This document shows, in pieces, positions 14,831 to 25,390 of a stretch of 64,000 nt of DNA. Made by a program: the position numbers and the translations under genes. This DNA is from Escherichia coli (GTDB lineage Bacteria > Pseudomonadota > Gammaproteobacteria > Enterobacterales > Enterobacteriaceae): the NCBI RefSeq assembly GCF_003334785.1, contig NZ_QOWV01000001.1. One strand, given 5' to 3'. Below the pieces are notes generated by a model. The model was not told where the DNA came from, made no database searches, and saw only the letters and a list, made by a program, of their open reading frames with translations. Position 1 is the stretch's first letter, and the number at the start of each line of letters is the position of its first letter.

Positions 14831-14838
14831 GATTTCAT
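14831..14838 (-). other. treA: Displaced native treA start (ATG AAA TC), now separated from the gene body by the IS
   Basis: Plus-strand gatttcat is the revcomp of atgaaatc; together with the left flank it restores ATG AAA TCC CCC GCA CCT (MKSPAP). Confidence 0.6.
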
Positions 14839-15157
14839 CAATCATTCTCCTTTGGCGAAACCGAATAAAACGGTATTCAAGTATCAGAAAACCTTAGTTC
14901 AGGATCGCACTAGCTGCATGATCGAAATCTCATTCTGCGAACTGTCAGGCATTTTAGAAAAGGGAATTAAAGGGATAAATAACGGCGAAATAGAGTGATC
15001 AAATAACGTCTGTTTATTAGCCAGCCAGCGGCGTTGGGTTCGTGATTAGCGAAGAAAAATCATCATAAATTGGTGAAAAATATAACAGGTAGTTAAAAAC
15101 CATTAGTGCTGAGTAAATTGCCGGATGACATCAGAACGATGCCATCCGAACAGTGGC

Positions 15158-16576
15158 TTAACCCTGACGGTTGAAACGTTGCGTTTTAACGTCCAGCGTT
15201 AGCGTTTCTTCTGGTTGTATCGCATACAGTTTCTCACCCTGCTGGCAAATCCAGCCAATCCCCAGTTCACGGGCGATTAGGGCGCTGTGGGATACCGGAC
15301 TTCCGGCGCTAAGGCAGATACCTTTTACAACCGCCGGATCCAGTTGCAGTACTGTGGAAGGATAAATGTTCTCCGCCAGTAGAATAGTTGGCGAGTTAAA
15401 CTGCGGGAGTTCTTCTTTCGTTTGGGTCAGGTGGACCAGGGTGCGATGCAGAAGATCGTCCACATCAATATAGCGAGCTTGTAGATATTCATCATCCAGT
15501 TGCTGGTATTGCTGGCTAAGTTCTTTAAGAACTTGCTGCCAGGCATATTCTGCCGTGCAATGTTCATGCTGAAGGAGTTCGCTTGCCGCCGCCAGCAGTT
15601 CCGGATCATCTAACAGTGTATGGTGACCAGAAAAGATTGCGGCAATATCGTCAAGCCCGCTGGCTTCTGCTTTCGCTGTTAACGTCATCAGATCTAATAA
15701 CGTGAAGTCAATAGCCTGGCGTAATCGATCTTGTTCTTCTTCCACGGTCAGGGTTGATTTTGCCTGTACCGTACATAAAACTGGTTGATAATAAAAGGCT
15801 TTACCCGAAACAGGCGGAACGGGACGCAGAGTAGGTGGAGCGACTTCCTCCGTTTCACCAAAGTTATCTTCAGCCAGCTGACGGAAAGCGATCAGTGCCT
15901 CTTCAGCTTCTGGCCCTTTCGCAATCAGGCGCAGCGTATCGTTATAGCGAACTTGTAGTAACGCAATCTGGTTAATACTCTCTGGTGTGACGCATTTGCC
16001 GTTTTTTTCCAGCAACATATCGGCATTAAATGTCGATAAGGTATAAACCAGCCGGGAGGCCGGACGTACATGCAGGCCGTTACGGTTTTTTATGACCACC
16101 GCCAGAGAACGGGCTTCTTCATCGTACGCAGGACATGTGTCAGAGATTTCAGTGTCGGAGGACGGTAAACCCAGTTGTTCACGTTTGGCTTCCAGCGCAT
16201 GCATGGCGTCAAAGATAACTTTGTCGATATCCGCCCCCGAGGCCGCGCTGACCGTTGCTGCCAGTGTACCTTCGACCAACGGCGCAGCACACAAACGTAC
16301 TTTTGCGGCGATCTCGGGAGCCAGCAATTCCAGCGCAGTTTCAGCACTCAATAATGCGCTACCCATATCCATCATGACCAGCACATGGTCGGCATCAGCA
16401 ACAGATTCGATGGCCTCCATCACTTTGACGGCATCGGTACCAATGGGATTTTGTGGATCGTCAATTCCCGCGGCAATGGCGATTTTACAACTATCACTCA
16501 TTAACATCTGACGGGCTAATTCACCGACACCTTCTCCCAGTCGGCTGCTATGTGAAACTATGACCAGGTTTACCAT
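15158..16576 (-). CDS. dhaM: Dihydroxyacetone kinase phosphotransferase subunit DhaM (EIIA-HPr-EI-like fusion)
   Basis: ORF 15158..16582; likely start MVNLVIVSHSS at 16576. Confidence 0.85.
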   Translation of the reverse strand: MVNLVIVSHSSRLGEGVGELARQMLMSDSCKIAIAAGIDDPQNPIGTDAVKVMEAIESVADADHVLVMMDMGSALLSAETALELLAPEIAAKVRLCAAPLVEGTLAATVSAASGADIDKVIFDAMHALEAKREQLGLPSSDTEISDTCPAYDEEARSLAVVIKNRNGLHVRPASRLVYTLSTFNADMLLEKNGKCVTPESINQIALLQVRYNDTLRLIAKGPEAEEALIAFRQLAEDNFGETEEVAPPTLRPVPPVSGKAFYYQPVLCTVQAKSTLTVEEEQDRLRQAIDFTLLDLMTLTAKAEASGLDDIAAIFSGHHTLLDDPELLAAASELLQHEHCTAEYAWQQVLKELSQQYQQLDDEYLQARYIDVDDLLHRTLVHLTQTKEELPQFNSPTILLAENIYPSTVLQLDPAVVKGICLSAGSPVSHSALIARELGIGWICQQGEKLYAIQPEETLTLDVKTQRFNRQG

Positions 16577-16586
16577 CACCAATTCC

Positions 16587-17219
16587 TTACTCTTTTGCGG
16601 CTAACGCCAACATTTGCATCATAAACATCACCGAGGTCGCGCCGGGATCCTGGTGACCAATACTGCGTTCACCGAGATAACTGGCGCGGCCTTTGCGGGC
16701 TTGCATCGTAATCGTACTTTGTGCAGCGGATTCGGCGATGCTACTGGCAGCTTCGAGCGCCACCGGAACAGAGAGATTTTGCTCGCTGGACTGACGTAAC
16801 GATTCCACCACCGGCACCCACACATCACACATGGTTTTATCGCCAGGTTCGGCTTTCCCGCGACTGATTACGCCGTCCGCGCCATCGCGGAACATCTGAT
16901 AAAGCTCTTCCAGTGTCAGGCTTTGCCGTGCCTGGGTCGCCTGTGCGGCGCGGATAAAGAAGGTACCGAACAGCGGACCACTGGCACCACCGACGCTGGA
17001 AAGCAGCGTCATACCGGTATTCTTGAGAATGAAACCGATATCTTTATCTGCGATAGCAGGGAGTTTTTCCACCACTTTGCTAAAGCCTCGGTTCATATTT
17101 AGCCCGTGGTCAGCATCGCCAATTTCGCGATCCAGTCCGGTAAGATACTCGCTCTCGGTGCTGAAAATATCGCCACAACGAGTGAGCCAGTTAACAATTT
17201 GAGTTCTGCTCAGTGACAT
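16587..17219 (-). CDS. dhaL: Dihydroxyacetone kinase ADP-binding subunit DhaL
   Basis: ORF 16587..17297; likely start MSLSRTQIVNWL at 17219 (210 aa). Confidence 0.85.
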   Translation of the reverse strand: MSLSRTQIVNWLTRCGDIFSTESEYLTGLDREIGDADHGLNMNRGFSKVVEKLPAIADKDIGFILKNTGMTLLSSVGGASGPLFGTFFIRAAQATQARQSLTLEELYQMFRDGADGVISRGKAEPGDKTMCDVWVPVVESLRQSSEQNLSVPVALEAASSIAESAAQSTITMQARKGRASYLGERSIGHQDPGATSVMFMMQMLALAAKE

Positions 17220-17229
17220 TGCTTTCTCC

Positions 17230-18300
17230 TTATTTACCCCAGTTAAGGGCCGGGGTGTGAACCGGGGCGTCCCAGAGTGCCAGCGTTTCGTCATCAACTT
17301 TCAGTAAGGTGATTGAGAAACCGGTCATATCCAGTGAGGTGCAGTACGCGCCAATTAAATTACGTTCGATAGTCAATCCCGCTTGCTGGCAACGTGTGGT
17401 CAGGCGGTTATAGACGCCGTACAGCTCAGAAAGCGGAGTTGCGCCAAGATTGTTAACCAGCGCAATCACCCGATCGCCAGACTGGAGCGGTTGTTTGGTT
17501 TGTTGTTCTTCCTGCCAACTGCCTTGTTGATAATCCCAGAAACGCAAAGTGCGATGGTATGAGCCATTTACCAGCAGGGTGTCGAACATTTCATCGACGG
17601 TTTGATCAAGGGAAGAGAAGGGGCGGCGGTCAATACCCGGCTCACCATGAATGCCGACGCCAAACTCCATCTCATTATCCGCCAGGGTAAAAGAAGGTTT
17701 GCCCGCGGCAGGAACGGTACAGGCACCGAGAGCGATACCTATTGAGTGGCCTTGATTATTCAGCTTACGCCCCAGTTCCGCACAGGCGTCCAGTGAGTCG
17801 CCACGCTCCGCCGCTGCGCCTACGAGTTTTTCAATTAATACGGTGTTGGCAACGCCGCGTCGCCCGGCAGTATAAAGACTGTCTTTTACCGCAACGTCGT
17901 CATCAATGACCACAGTGGTCACTTTTACGCCGCTATCGTGCAGTAACTCGGTCGCTGTTTCAAAGTTAAGAATATCGCCGGTGTAATTTTTGATAATCAA
18001 CAGTACACCTTCGCCGCCATCAACTTGCATGGCGCATTCAAAGATTTTATCGGGCGTCGGTGAGGTGAAAATTTCGCCCGGACAGGCCCCCGAAAGCATC
18101 CCCTGACCGATATAACCACAGTGCATCGGCTCGTGTCCGCTGCCGCCACCCGACAGCAGGGCGACTTTTCCTTCAACAGGGGCATCAGCTCGGGTGACAT
18201 ACACCGGATCCTGATGCAGTGTCAGCGATGGATGCGCTTTCGCCAGTCCTGCCAGTTGTTCGTCCAGTACGTCTTGCACATCATTGATCAATTTTTTCAT
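17230..18300 (-). CDS. dhaK: Dihydroxyacetone kinase DHA-binding subunit DhaK
   Basis: ORF 17230..18330; likely start MKKLINDVQD at 18300 (356 aa). Confidence 0.85.
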   Translation of the reverse strand: MKKLINDVQDVLDEQLAGLAKAHPSLTLHQDPVYVTRADAPVEGKVALLSGGGSGHEPMHCGYIGQGMLSGACPGEIFTSPTPDKIFECAMQVDGGEGVLLIIKNYTGDILNFETATELLHDSGVKVTTVVIDDDVAVKDSLYTAGRRGVANTVLIEKLVGAAAERGDSLDACAELGRKLNNQGHSIGIALGACTVPAAGKPSFTLADNEMEFGVGIHGEPGIDRRPFSSLDQTVDEMFDTLLVNGSYHRTLRFWDYQQGSWQEEQQTKQPLQSGDRVIALVNNLGATPLSELYGVYNRLTTRCQQAGLTIERNLIGAYCTSLDMTGFSITLLKVDDETLALWDAPVHTPALNWGK

Positions 18301-18417
18301 TATTTTGCTCCAGCAATTACGGTAGGGCATGGATGATGTTCAACGACACGGCGACCACTGACTGCCGATGAATCCATTGTGCATCAGGCAAGGGAAAAGA
18401 AAATTAGCCCAAATTAT

Positions 18418-18463
18418 GTTTCATAGTGAAACATATGCTTTAATGAATGTTCCATATTGAAAC
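18418..18463. promoter_or_regulatory. Two related 15-bp dyads in the dhaK-dhaR divergent region (candidate DhaR operator)
   Basis: gtttcaTAGtgaaac (18418..18432, perfect palindrome) and gttccaTATtgaaac (18449..18463), centres 31 bp apart. Confidence 0.4.
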
Positions 18464-18518
18464 TTTTACGTGTATTAATACTTAAAATTGCGAGCCGGAA
18501 CACCTTTTGTCATAAGGG

Positions 18519-20447
18519 ATGCGGGATATGAGTGGCGCTTTTAACAACGATGGTCGGGGCATATCTCCCTTAATTGCAACCTCCTGGGAGCGATGCAATA
18601 AGCTGATGAAACGGGAGACATGGAACGTACCACATCAGGCCCAGGGCGTGACATTTGCTTCTATTTATCGGCGTAAGAAAGCGATGCTGACGCTCGGGCA
18701 GGCTGCGCTGGAAGATGCCTGGGAATATATGGCACCGCGAGAGTGTGCGCTGTTTATCCTCGATGAAACCGCCTGCATTCTCAGCCGTAATGGCGATCCG
18801 CAAACCTTGCAGCAGCTAAGTGCACTGGGATTCAATGACGGCACGTATTGCGCCGAGGGAATTATTGGTACTTGTGCGCTATCGTTAGCGGCTATCTCTG
18901 GTCAGGCCGTGAAAACGATGGCCGATCAACATTTCAAACAGGTACTCTGGAACTGGGCCTTTTGTGCAACGCCGTTGTTTGACAGCAAGGGCCGATTGAC
19001 GGGAACAATAGCGCTGGCGTGTCCGGTTGAGCAAACTACCGCAGCTGATTTGCCGTTGACGTTGGCAATCGCCCGCGAGGTCGGAAATTTACTGCTGACG
19101 GACAGTTTGCTCGCTGAAACTAACCGTCATTTAAATCAACTTAATGCCCTGTTAGAAAGTATGGATGATGGCGTGATTAGCTGGGACGAGCAGGGTAATT
19201 TGCAATTTATTAATGCCCAGGCGGCGCGGGTCTTGCGCCTTGACGCGACGGCAAGTCAGGGACGGGCAATCACTGAACTCTTAACGTTACCCGCCGTATT
19301 GCAACAAGCAATAAAACAGGCACATCCGCTCAAACACGTAGAAGCAACCTTTGAAAGCCAGCACCAGTTTATTGATGCGGTGATAACCCTTAAACCGATA
19401 ATAGAAACGCAGGGAACCAGCTTTATTTTGTTGCTCCATCCTGTGGAACAGATGCGGCAGTTGATGACCAGTCAATTAGGAAAAGTCAGCCATACCTTCG
19501 CTCATATGCCACAGGACGATCCGCAAACCCGCCGCTTGATTCATTTTGGTCGCCAGGCGGCGCGCAGTAGCTTTCCTGTCCTGCTTTGTGGAGAAGAGGG
19601 CGTGGGCAAGGCACTGCTAAGTCAGGCAATTCATAATGAAAGCGAGCGTGCTGCAGGTCCTTATATCGCCGTCAATTGTGAGTTATATGGTGATGCTGCG
19701 CTGGCGGAAGAATTTATTGGTGGCGATCGCACGGACAATGAAAATGGCCGTCTGAGTCGGCTGGAACTGGCACACGGCGGCACGCTGTTTCTTGAAAAGA
19801 TTGAATATCTGGCGGTGGAGTTACAGTCTGCTTTGCTTCAGGTTATCAAGCAGGGGGTTATCACGCGACTGGATGCGCGGCGTTTAATACCAATTGATGT
19901 CAAAGTGATTGCAACAACGACCGCGGACCTCGCAATGCTGGTGGAACAAAATCGTTTTAGTCGCCAGCTGTATTACGCGCTGCATGCATTTGAAATTACC
20001 ATCCCGCCTCTGCGTATGCGGCGTGGCAGCATTCCGGCGCTGGTGAATAACAAATTACGCAGTCTTGAAAAACGCTTCTCTACGCGGCTGAAAATTGATG
20101 ACGATGCCCTCGCTCGCCTGGTTTCTTGTGCATGGCCAGGCAACGATTTTGAACTTTACAGCGTCATCGAGAATCTTGCTCTGAGTAGTGATAACGGGCG
20201 CATTCGCGTCAGTGATTTGCCGGAACATCTGTTTACCGAGCAGGCGACAGATGATGTCAGCGCCACCCGCCTTTCCACCAGTCTGTCATTTGCGGAAGTT
20301 GAAAAAGAGGCAATTATTAACGCAGCCCAGGTCACAGGCGGTCGCATTCAGGAAATGTCGGCTTTACTTGGGATCGGCCGCACTACGCTGTGGCGGAAAA
20401 TGAAGCAACATGGCATTGATGCAGGGCAGTTTAAGCGCCGGGTATGA
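18519..20447 (+). CDS. dhaR: Sigma-54-type (AAA+) transcriptional activator of the dha operon
   Basis: 642-aa ORF with GAF/PAS-like N-terminus, AAA+ core and C-terminal HTH (IGRTTLWRKM); the true start may be the Met at 18528. Confidence 0.85.
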   Translation: MRDMSGAFNNDGRGISPLIATSWERCNKLMKRETWNVPHQAQGVTFASIYRRKKAMLTLGQAALEDAWEYMAPRECALFILDETACILSRNGDPQTLQQLSALGFNDGTYCAEGIIGTCALSLAAISGQAVKTMADQHFKQVLWNWAFCATPLFDSKGRLTGTIALACPVEQTTAADLPLTLAIAREVGNLLLTDSLLAETNRHLNQLNALLESMDDGVISWDEQGNLQFINAQAARVLRLDATASQGRAITELLTLPAVLQQAIKQAHPLKHVEATFESQHQFIDAVITLKPIIETQGTSFILLLHPVEQMRQLMTSQLGKVSHTFAHMPQDDPQTRRLIHFGRQAARSSFPVLLCGEEGVGKALLSQAIHNESERAAGPYIAVNCELYGDAALAEEFIGGDRTDNENGRLSRLELAHGGTLFLEKIEYLAVELQSALLQVIKQGVITRLDARRLIPIDVKVIATTTADLAMLVEQNRFSRQLYYALHAFEITIPPLRMRRGSIPALVNNKLRSLEKRFSTRLKIDDDALARLVSCAWPGNDFELYSVIENLALSSDNGRIRVSDLPEHLFTEQATDDVSATRLSTSLSFAEVEKEAIINAAQVTGGRIQEMSALLGIGRTTLWRKMKQHGIDAGQFKRRV

Positions 20448-20546
20448 AAGACAGAAACGATTTCTGATACATCAGAGTGATCTGTATTTCATTCCGGCGC
20501 ACGCTAACAATTTTCAGCATCGTTTAAGGGCTTGTCTATCCCGCAC

Positions 20547-23414
20547 TTAAAAGCTGAAGCGATATCCTCCGTTGACTTGCTTCTGATCAAAGAGGTTACC
20601 CTGCGTGTAATCCGCTTCGAGATAGAATGTGTGCTGTTTGTTATACTGTGCACTGACTCCCACGCCGTTATTCCAGCCATTACCTTTGAAACTGTACTTC
20701 TCCCGGGAGTTGTTCAACAGATATTCGGTATCCCCTGAAAACTCGCGGATAGCGCCAGTCTTCACATAGACATTCAGCTGGCTGTTGCCTGCGGTGATGT
20801 CATACCCCAGTATCATGCTGGCACGCCCCAGCAGCGATTCGTAGTGATTCAGATGTATATTGAGGCCATTACTCGCCTTCATAGTCATCTCATTCTGGTG
20901 GCTGTATGTAAGCTGGGTTTGCGGCTCTATATAGAACCCATAACCAGTAGGGGACAGGTTGAACCTCTGCCCGGCTTCCAGGGAGATGCTCATTCCATTC
21001 GCAGTGCCGTTGGCGTTAACGCCGTTGTTCTGACTGTCCAGTACGTGGAAACTATTTTTCTGGCGCGATGCTTTTATAACGAGATCGCTGTAAAAACCGT
21101 TTTGTGCCATGTAACTGGCGTACATTCCCATGTAGTCTGAACGTGCGGTACCGTCGCCTCCGCTATAGTCCGGCGATGCATGTGTTGAGCCAATATACAG
21201 ACCGACATACAACGGCATTACATCAGAGAGACGTTTATCCCCACCAAACTGGATACCGCTGTAACCCATGTCAAAGCCGCTCAGTTTGCCACTGGCAAAG
21301 GAGTCCAGGCTTCCCCCATAACTGCGCAACCAGATATTACCGTCTTTACTCTGATTTCGCAGGTCACCCATCCGTTGCATCAGCGTACGGTTTTCAACAT
21401 AGTTCAATAAGTAACCGACATTGAGATAATTGCCGCCAGCATCTGCGGTCGTGGTGGGTTTAGGCGTGGGAGCGGGTTCAGGCGTAGGATCGGGGTTGAC
21501 TATGGGAGGCTGAGCGGGAGCTGGTGTGGGTTCAGGATTAGGAGTCGGTTCCGGAACTGTCCCGGAAGCGTAAAGCTCCCAGTTAGTGCCATTTTTACGC
21601 ACATCGTACAGATATCCCCCCAACTCAACCTGAGAAGACGCGCTGAACGAGGCCGCGCCGTCAGTGGTTTTTACCACTGTCAGAACTTCATTTCCCGTTG
21701 TGGCCTCGCTGCCCTGGTTGCGGATAGCCAATACGTGATTACCAGCACTACTCCCGCTGATATTCAATAAATCCCCTTTATTATTAACGCCATTACCCTC
21801 GCCAACAACATCAGCACGCATAATAAAGGTACTGTTACCGCTCAGGTTCTCTACGTTTAATGTGGCAAATGTGCCGGCAGTTGACCCGTGGCTGGCAAAA
21901 TCGACAGTTGAATGGCTCAGCGCCAGCGTGTCGAGATTAGAATTACTTGTTACGTTCCAGACGCTGTTATTCATTGCAACGTCCAGTTTTCCGCCATTGA
22001 CATTATCGCTGAGGGAGGAACCTGTCCAAACCGACCCAGGGTGCATATCCAGATTGATTAGCCCACCTTTGGAAAGAACGCTACCGTTGATAAGCATACG
22101 ACCCGAGGCGTTGATGCGGCTGGCGGCATAACCATCGTCATGTTGCGTTGCGATGGCCATCTGGTCGGGTGTACTCATATCAATGACCAGATCGCTCGTG
22201 AGGTCGATCTGGCTGTTGGTCATGGCATAAATTCCCCTGGCTCCTGCCGCGCCGGTGATAGCCAAACTGTCTCCGGTTATTCTACCGCCGCTGAGAGCCC
22301 ACAAACCCAGCGCCAGACTGCCATTACGATCAACTGTAATATCGGTATTTTGCATGTTGACAACAGCCGTTGCCGTCTGGGCCGAGGCACCATAAGAACC
22401 GCCGGAAAAGATGCTGTTTCGTTGCGCTGCCGTGCCAGTAAAATTGATTATCGCGTCTGAACCACTGGTGACGAGGCCACCGCCCTGCGCGGAAGAAATA
22501 TGGCTATCTGCACCGATAGTGGTTGTACCACCACGAACTTCGACGCCATTGGCCGCGGCTCCAGTTACATCAACAGTGAGTGCATTCGCGCTAACCTGGC
22601 CAAAGCTCCAGAGGCCGTGAGCATTATCGCCATTGGTTTTAATGGTACTGTTTGTTCCGAGATCGACAACAGAGTTTTTCTGTACGTTTATCCCCATGGC
22701 GCTGTAGCCCTGAACATCGATTGTCAGGTCTGTAGCCGTAAAACGCGCAGCACCATTGGCGTTATTGCCGTTGAGACCACCGATATAAACACCTGTACTT
22801 CCATCGGTCGTGATTTTACTTCCGCTTCCAAGATCGACACTGGTGCCATAGTCATTGATGGTTAGGCCTATACCGTTCGAGTTTTCAATGGTGAATTGAG
22901 TGGCTGTTAGTGTTGAGCTATGCCCAATAATGATGCCGTCATCGTTACTCTTAATGGTGCTGCCTGTGCCTAAGTCAGCATGGGTATAGTCACCAATTAA
23001 GTTAATGCCGATGGCAGAGGTTTGACCAACAACATCTACTGTGAGTCGGTTAGCTGTCAGGGAGCTGTTTTTGCCCTGAATAATGATTCCTTTTGCATAT
23101 CCAGAGGCGTCGTTGACATTGACGGTGACATCATTACCCAGGTTGATATTGCCAGGCGTGTTTCCTGCTGGGGTCATTACACCATAGAGGTTTCCTGATG
23201 GATCGGCGGTATCTCCTGTAATTCTGTCACCATCATTAATAGTAATATTGGTGCCATATTGACTTCCTGTATCAGCAGCTATCAGCAGGGGGGAAAAGAT
23301 AATTGCATTCAAACCAATAGCGCCAAATTTTATCAGTTGAATTGAGGGCGAACGGATTTTTAATTCAGCGAGACGATCTGCTTTGGTATTCCCATTGTGT
23401 TGTTTGATGCCCAT
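20547..23414 (-). CDS. ycgV: Autotransporter (AIDA-like) adhesin: repetitive passenger plus C-terminal beta-barrel
   Basis: 955 aa; Gly/Thr/Ser/Asn-rich passenger repeats, Pro-rich linker (PEPTPNPEPTPAPAQPP), C-terminus ends ...GGYRFSF. Confidence 0.8.
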   Translation of the reverse strand: MGIKQHNGNTKADRLAELKIRSPSIQLIKFGAIGLNAIIFSPLLIAADTGSQYGTNITINDGDRITGDTADPSGNLYGVMTPAGNTPGNINLGNDVTVNVNDASGYAKGIIIQGKNSSLTANRLTVDVVGQTSAIGINLIGDYTHADLGTGSTIKSNDDGIIIGHSSTLTATQFTIENSNGIGLTINDYGTSVDLGSGSKITTDGSTGVYIGGLNGNNANGAARFTATDLTIDVQGYSAMGINVQKNSVVDLGTNSTIKTNGDNAHGLWSFGQVSANALTVDVTGAAANGVEVRGGTTTIGADSHISSAQGGGLVTSGSDAIINFTGTAAQRNSIFSGGSYGASAQTATAVVNMQNTDITVDRNGSLALGLWALSGGRITGDSLAITGAAGARGIYAMTNSQIDLTSDLVIDMSTPDQMAIATQHDDGYAASRINASGRMLINGSVLSKGGLINLDMHPGSVWTGSSLSDNVNGGKLDVAMNNSVWNVTSNSNLDTLALSHSTVDFASHGSTAGTFATLNVENLSGNSTFIMRADVVGEGNGVNNKGDLLNISGSSAGNHVLAIRNQGSEATTGNEVLTVVKTTDGAASFSASSQVELGGYLYDVRKNGTNWELYASGTVPEPTPNPEPTPAPAQPPIVNPDPTPEPAPTPKPTTTADAGGNYLNVGYLLNYVENRTLMQRMGDLRNQSKDGNIWLRSYGGSLDSFASGKLSGFDMGYSGIQFGGDKRLSDVMPLYVGLYIGSTHASPDYSGGDGTARSDYMGMYASYMAQNGFYSDLVIKASRQKNSFHVLDSQNNGVNANGTANGMSISLEAGQRFNLSPTGYGFYIEPQTQLTYSHQNEMTMKASNGLNIHLNHYESLLGRASMILGYDITAGNSQLNVYVKTGAIREFSGDTEYLLNNSREKYSFKGNGWNNGVGVSAQYNKQHTFYLEADYTQGNLFDQKQVNGGYRFSF

Positions 23415-24182
23415 ACCACTCCTATATAGTACCCAGACTATGGGTCTATGGATTTTGTCATTTTGTTTAAATCAATGAATAATATCCTCTTATCATCATG
23501 ATATTTGTATGGTGCAATCATGATGAGCTTCTCAGAGAATAATTCTCTATTACCGGGCAAAATCAGGAATACAGGAATTAATATATATTTAACATCCCCC
23601 TTACAAAGGTGAGTTTATATCGAGTTATTCCCTAAGTTGTCGTTACTTATTCCAATTCGTTACTATAAATATGGCAAAAATATTACAACAAACAGCGGTT
23701 AAAAAATTTGGTGAAGATTTTTTGTAATAATCCTAATTAGTTATGGGAATTTCGCTTGATGTATCTGCATAACAAAAACAATATGCGCCATTTTTGCATT
23801 ACTAATAAGAAAAAGCAAAAAACATCGATATTCATTTTTGGTCAATGGGTTTTCTGGCCTATCGTTGTTATTGTGCTACTGGTTATCATTTTCATCTTGC
23901 CAGCATATTGGAGCGTGATCAATTTTGATCAGCTGTGAAGGGGGCTGATGTGTAGTGATACAAAAACTTACGTTATATCACTGCTAATGAGATATCCGTC
24001 ATCTGAACACTTATGTCTTTAATTATTCTCGTGGTTCACTATAGGCAATAAGCACAAAAGTGTAGGATGTTACAAGAATGATTAGGACTAGGTGAAATGA
24101 AAAATCCACGCAATTGCGTGGATTTTATATACTTTTGCGCTCTTCATGAGATTTAGCGAAACCTCATGAGACAATAAATTAA

Positions 24183-25274
24183 TTAGACGTTGAAAAGGAA
24201 GTTCATCACATCGCCATCTTTCACGATGTAATCTTTACCTTCTGCACGCATTTTGCCTGCTTCTTTCGCGCCTTGTTCACCTTTGTAAGTGATGAAATCT
24301 TCAAACGAGATGGTTTGTGCACGGATAAAGCCTTTTTCAAAATCAGTATGGATTTTGCCCGCTGCCTGCGGCGCGGTTGCTCCAACCGGAATGGTCCATG
24401 CACGCACTTCTTTCACCCCAGCGGTGAAGTAAGTTTGCAGGTTCAGCAGTTTATAACCGGCACGGATCACACGGTTCAGGCCCGGCTCTTCCAGCCCAAG
24501 CTCCTGCATAAACTCGTCACGTTCTTCGTCGTCCAGTTCGGCAATGTCTGCTTCAACAGCAGCACAAACCGGAACCACAACAGAACCTTCTTTCGCCGCG
24601 ATTTCACGCACCTGGTCAAGATATGGGTTGTTTTCAAAACCGTCTTCGTTGACGTTGGCGATGTACATTGTTGGTTTCAGCGTCAGGAAGCTCAGGTAAC
24701 GAATAGCCGCTTTCTCTTCAGCGCTTAAATCCAGCGCGCGCAGCATACCTGCATTTTCCAACTGGGGCAGGCATTTTTCCAGGACCGCCAGCTCAGCTTT
24801 CGCGTCTTTATCGCCACCTTTGGCTTTCTTCTGTACGCGATGAATCGCACGTTCGCAGGTGTCGAGGTCTGCCAGCGCCAGTTCGGTGTTGATAACTTCA
24901 ATATCGTCAGCCGGGTTAACTTTGCCGGAAACGTGAATGATGTTGTCATTTTCAAAGCAGCGAACAACGTGACCGATCGCTTCGGTTTCACGGATGTTGG
25001 TCAGGAACTGGTTACCCAGACCTTCGCCTTTCGATGCGCCTTTTACCAGACCGGCGATATCGACAAATTCCATGGTCGTGGGAAGCGTACGCTGCGGTTT
25101 TACGATTTCAGCCAGTTGATCCAGGCGAGGATCAGGCATTGGTACGACGCCTGTGTTCGGCTCAATGGTGCAGAATGGAAAGTTGGCCGCTTCAATACCG
25201 GCTTTGGTCAGCGCGTTGAACAGGGTAGATTTCCCGACGTTGGGCAAACCGACGATACCGCATTTGAATCCCAT
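24183..25274 (-). CDS. ychF: Ribosome-binding ATPase YchF (Obg-family P-loop NTPase)
   Basis: 363 aa; Walker [10 protein letters not shown]; ends FNV. Confidence 0.9.
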
Positions 25275-25390
25275 GATTTAAATCACCTTAATATCTTAAT
25301 AATCAACCTGTTATTGCTAACAGATTGCAGAAATGGAAATAACTTTGCCTATTATACACGGCACTCGGCAAAAATGCCGCAGACAACGAC

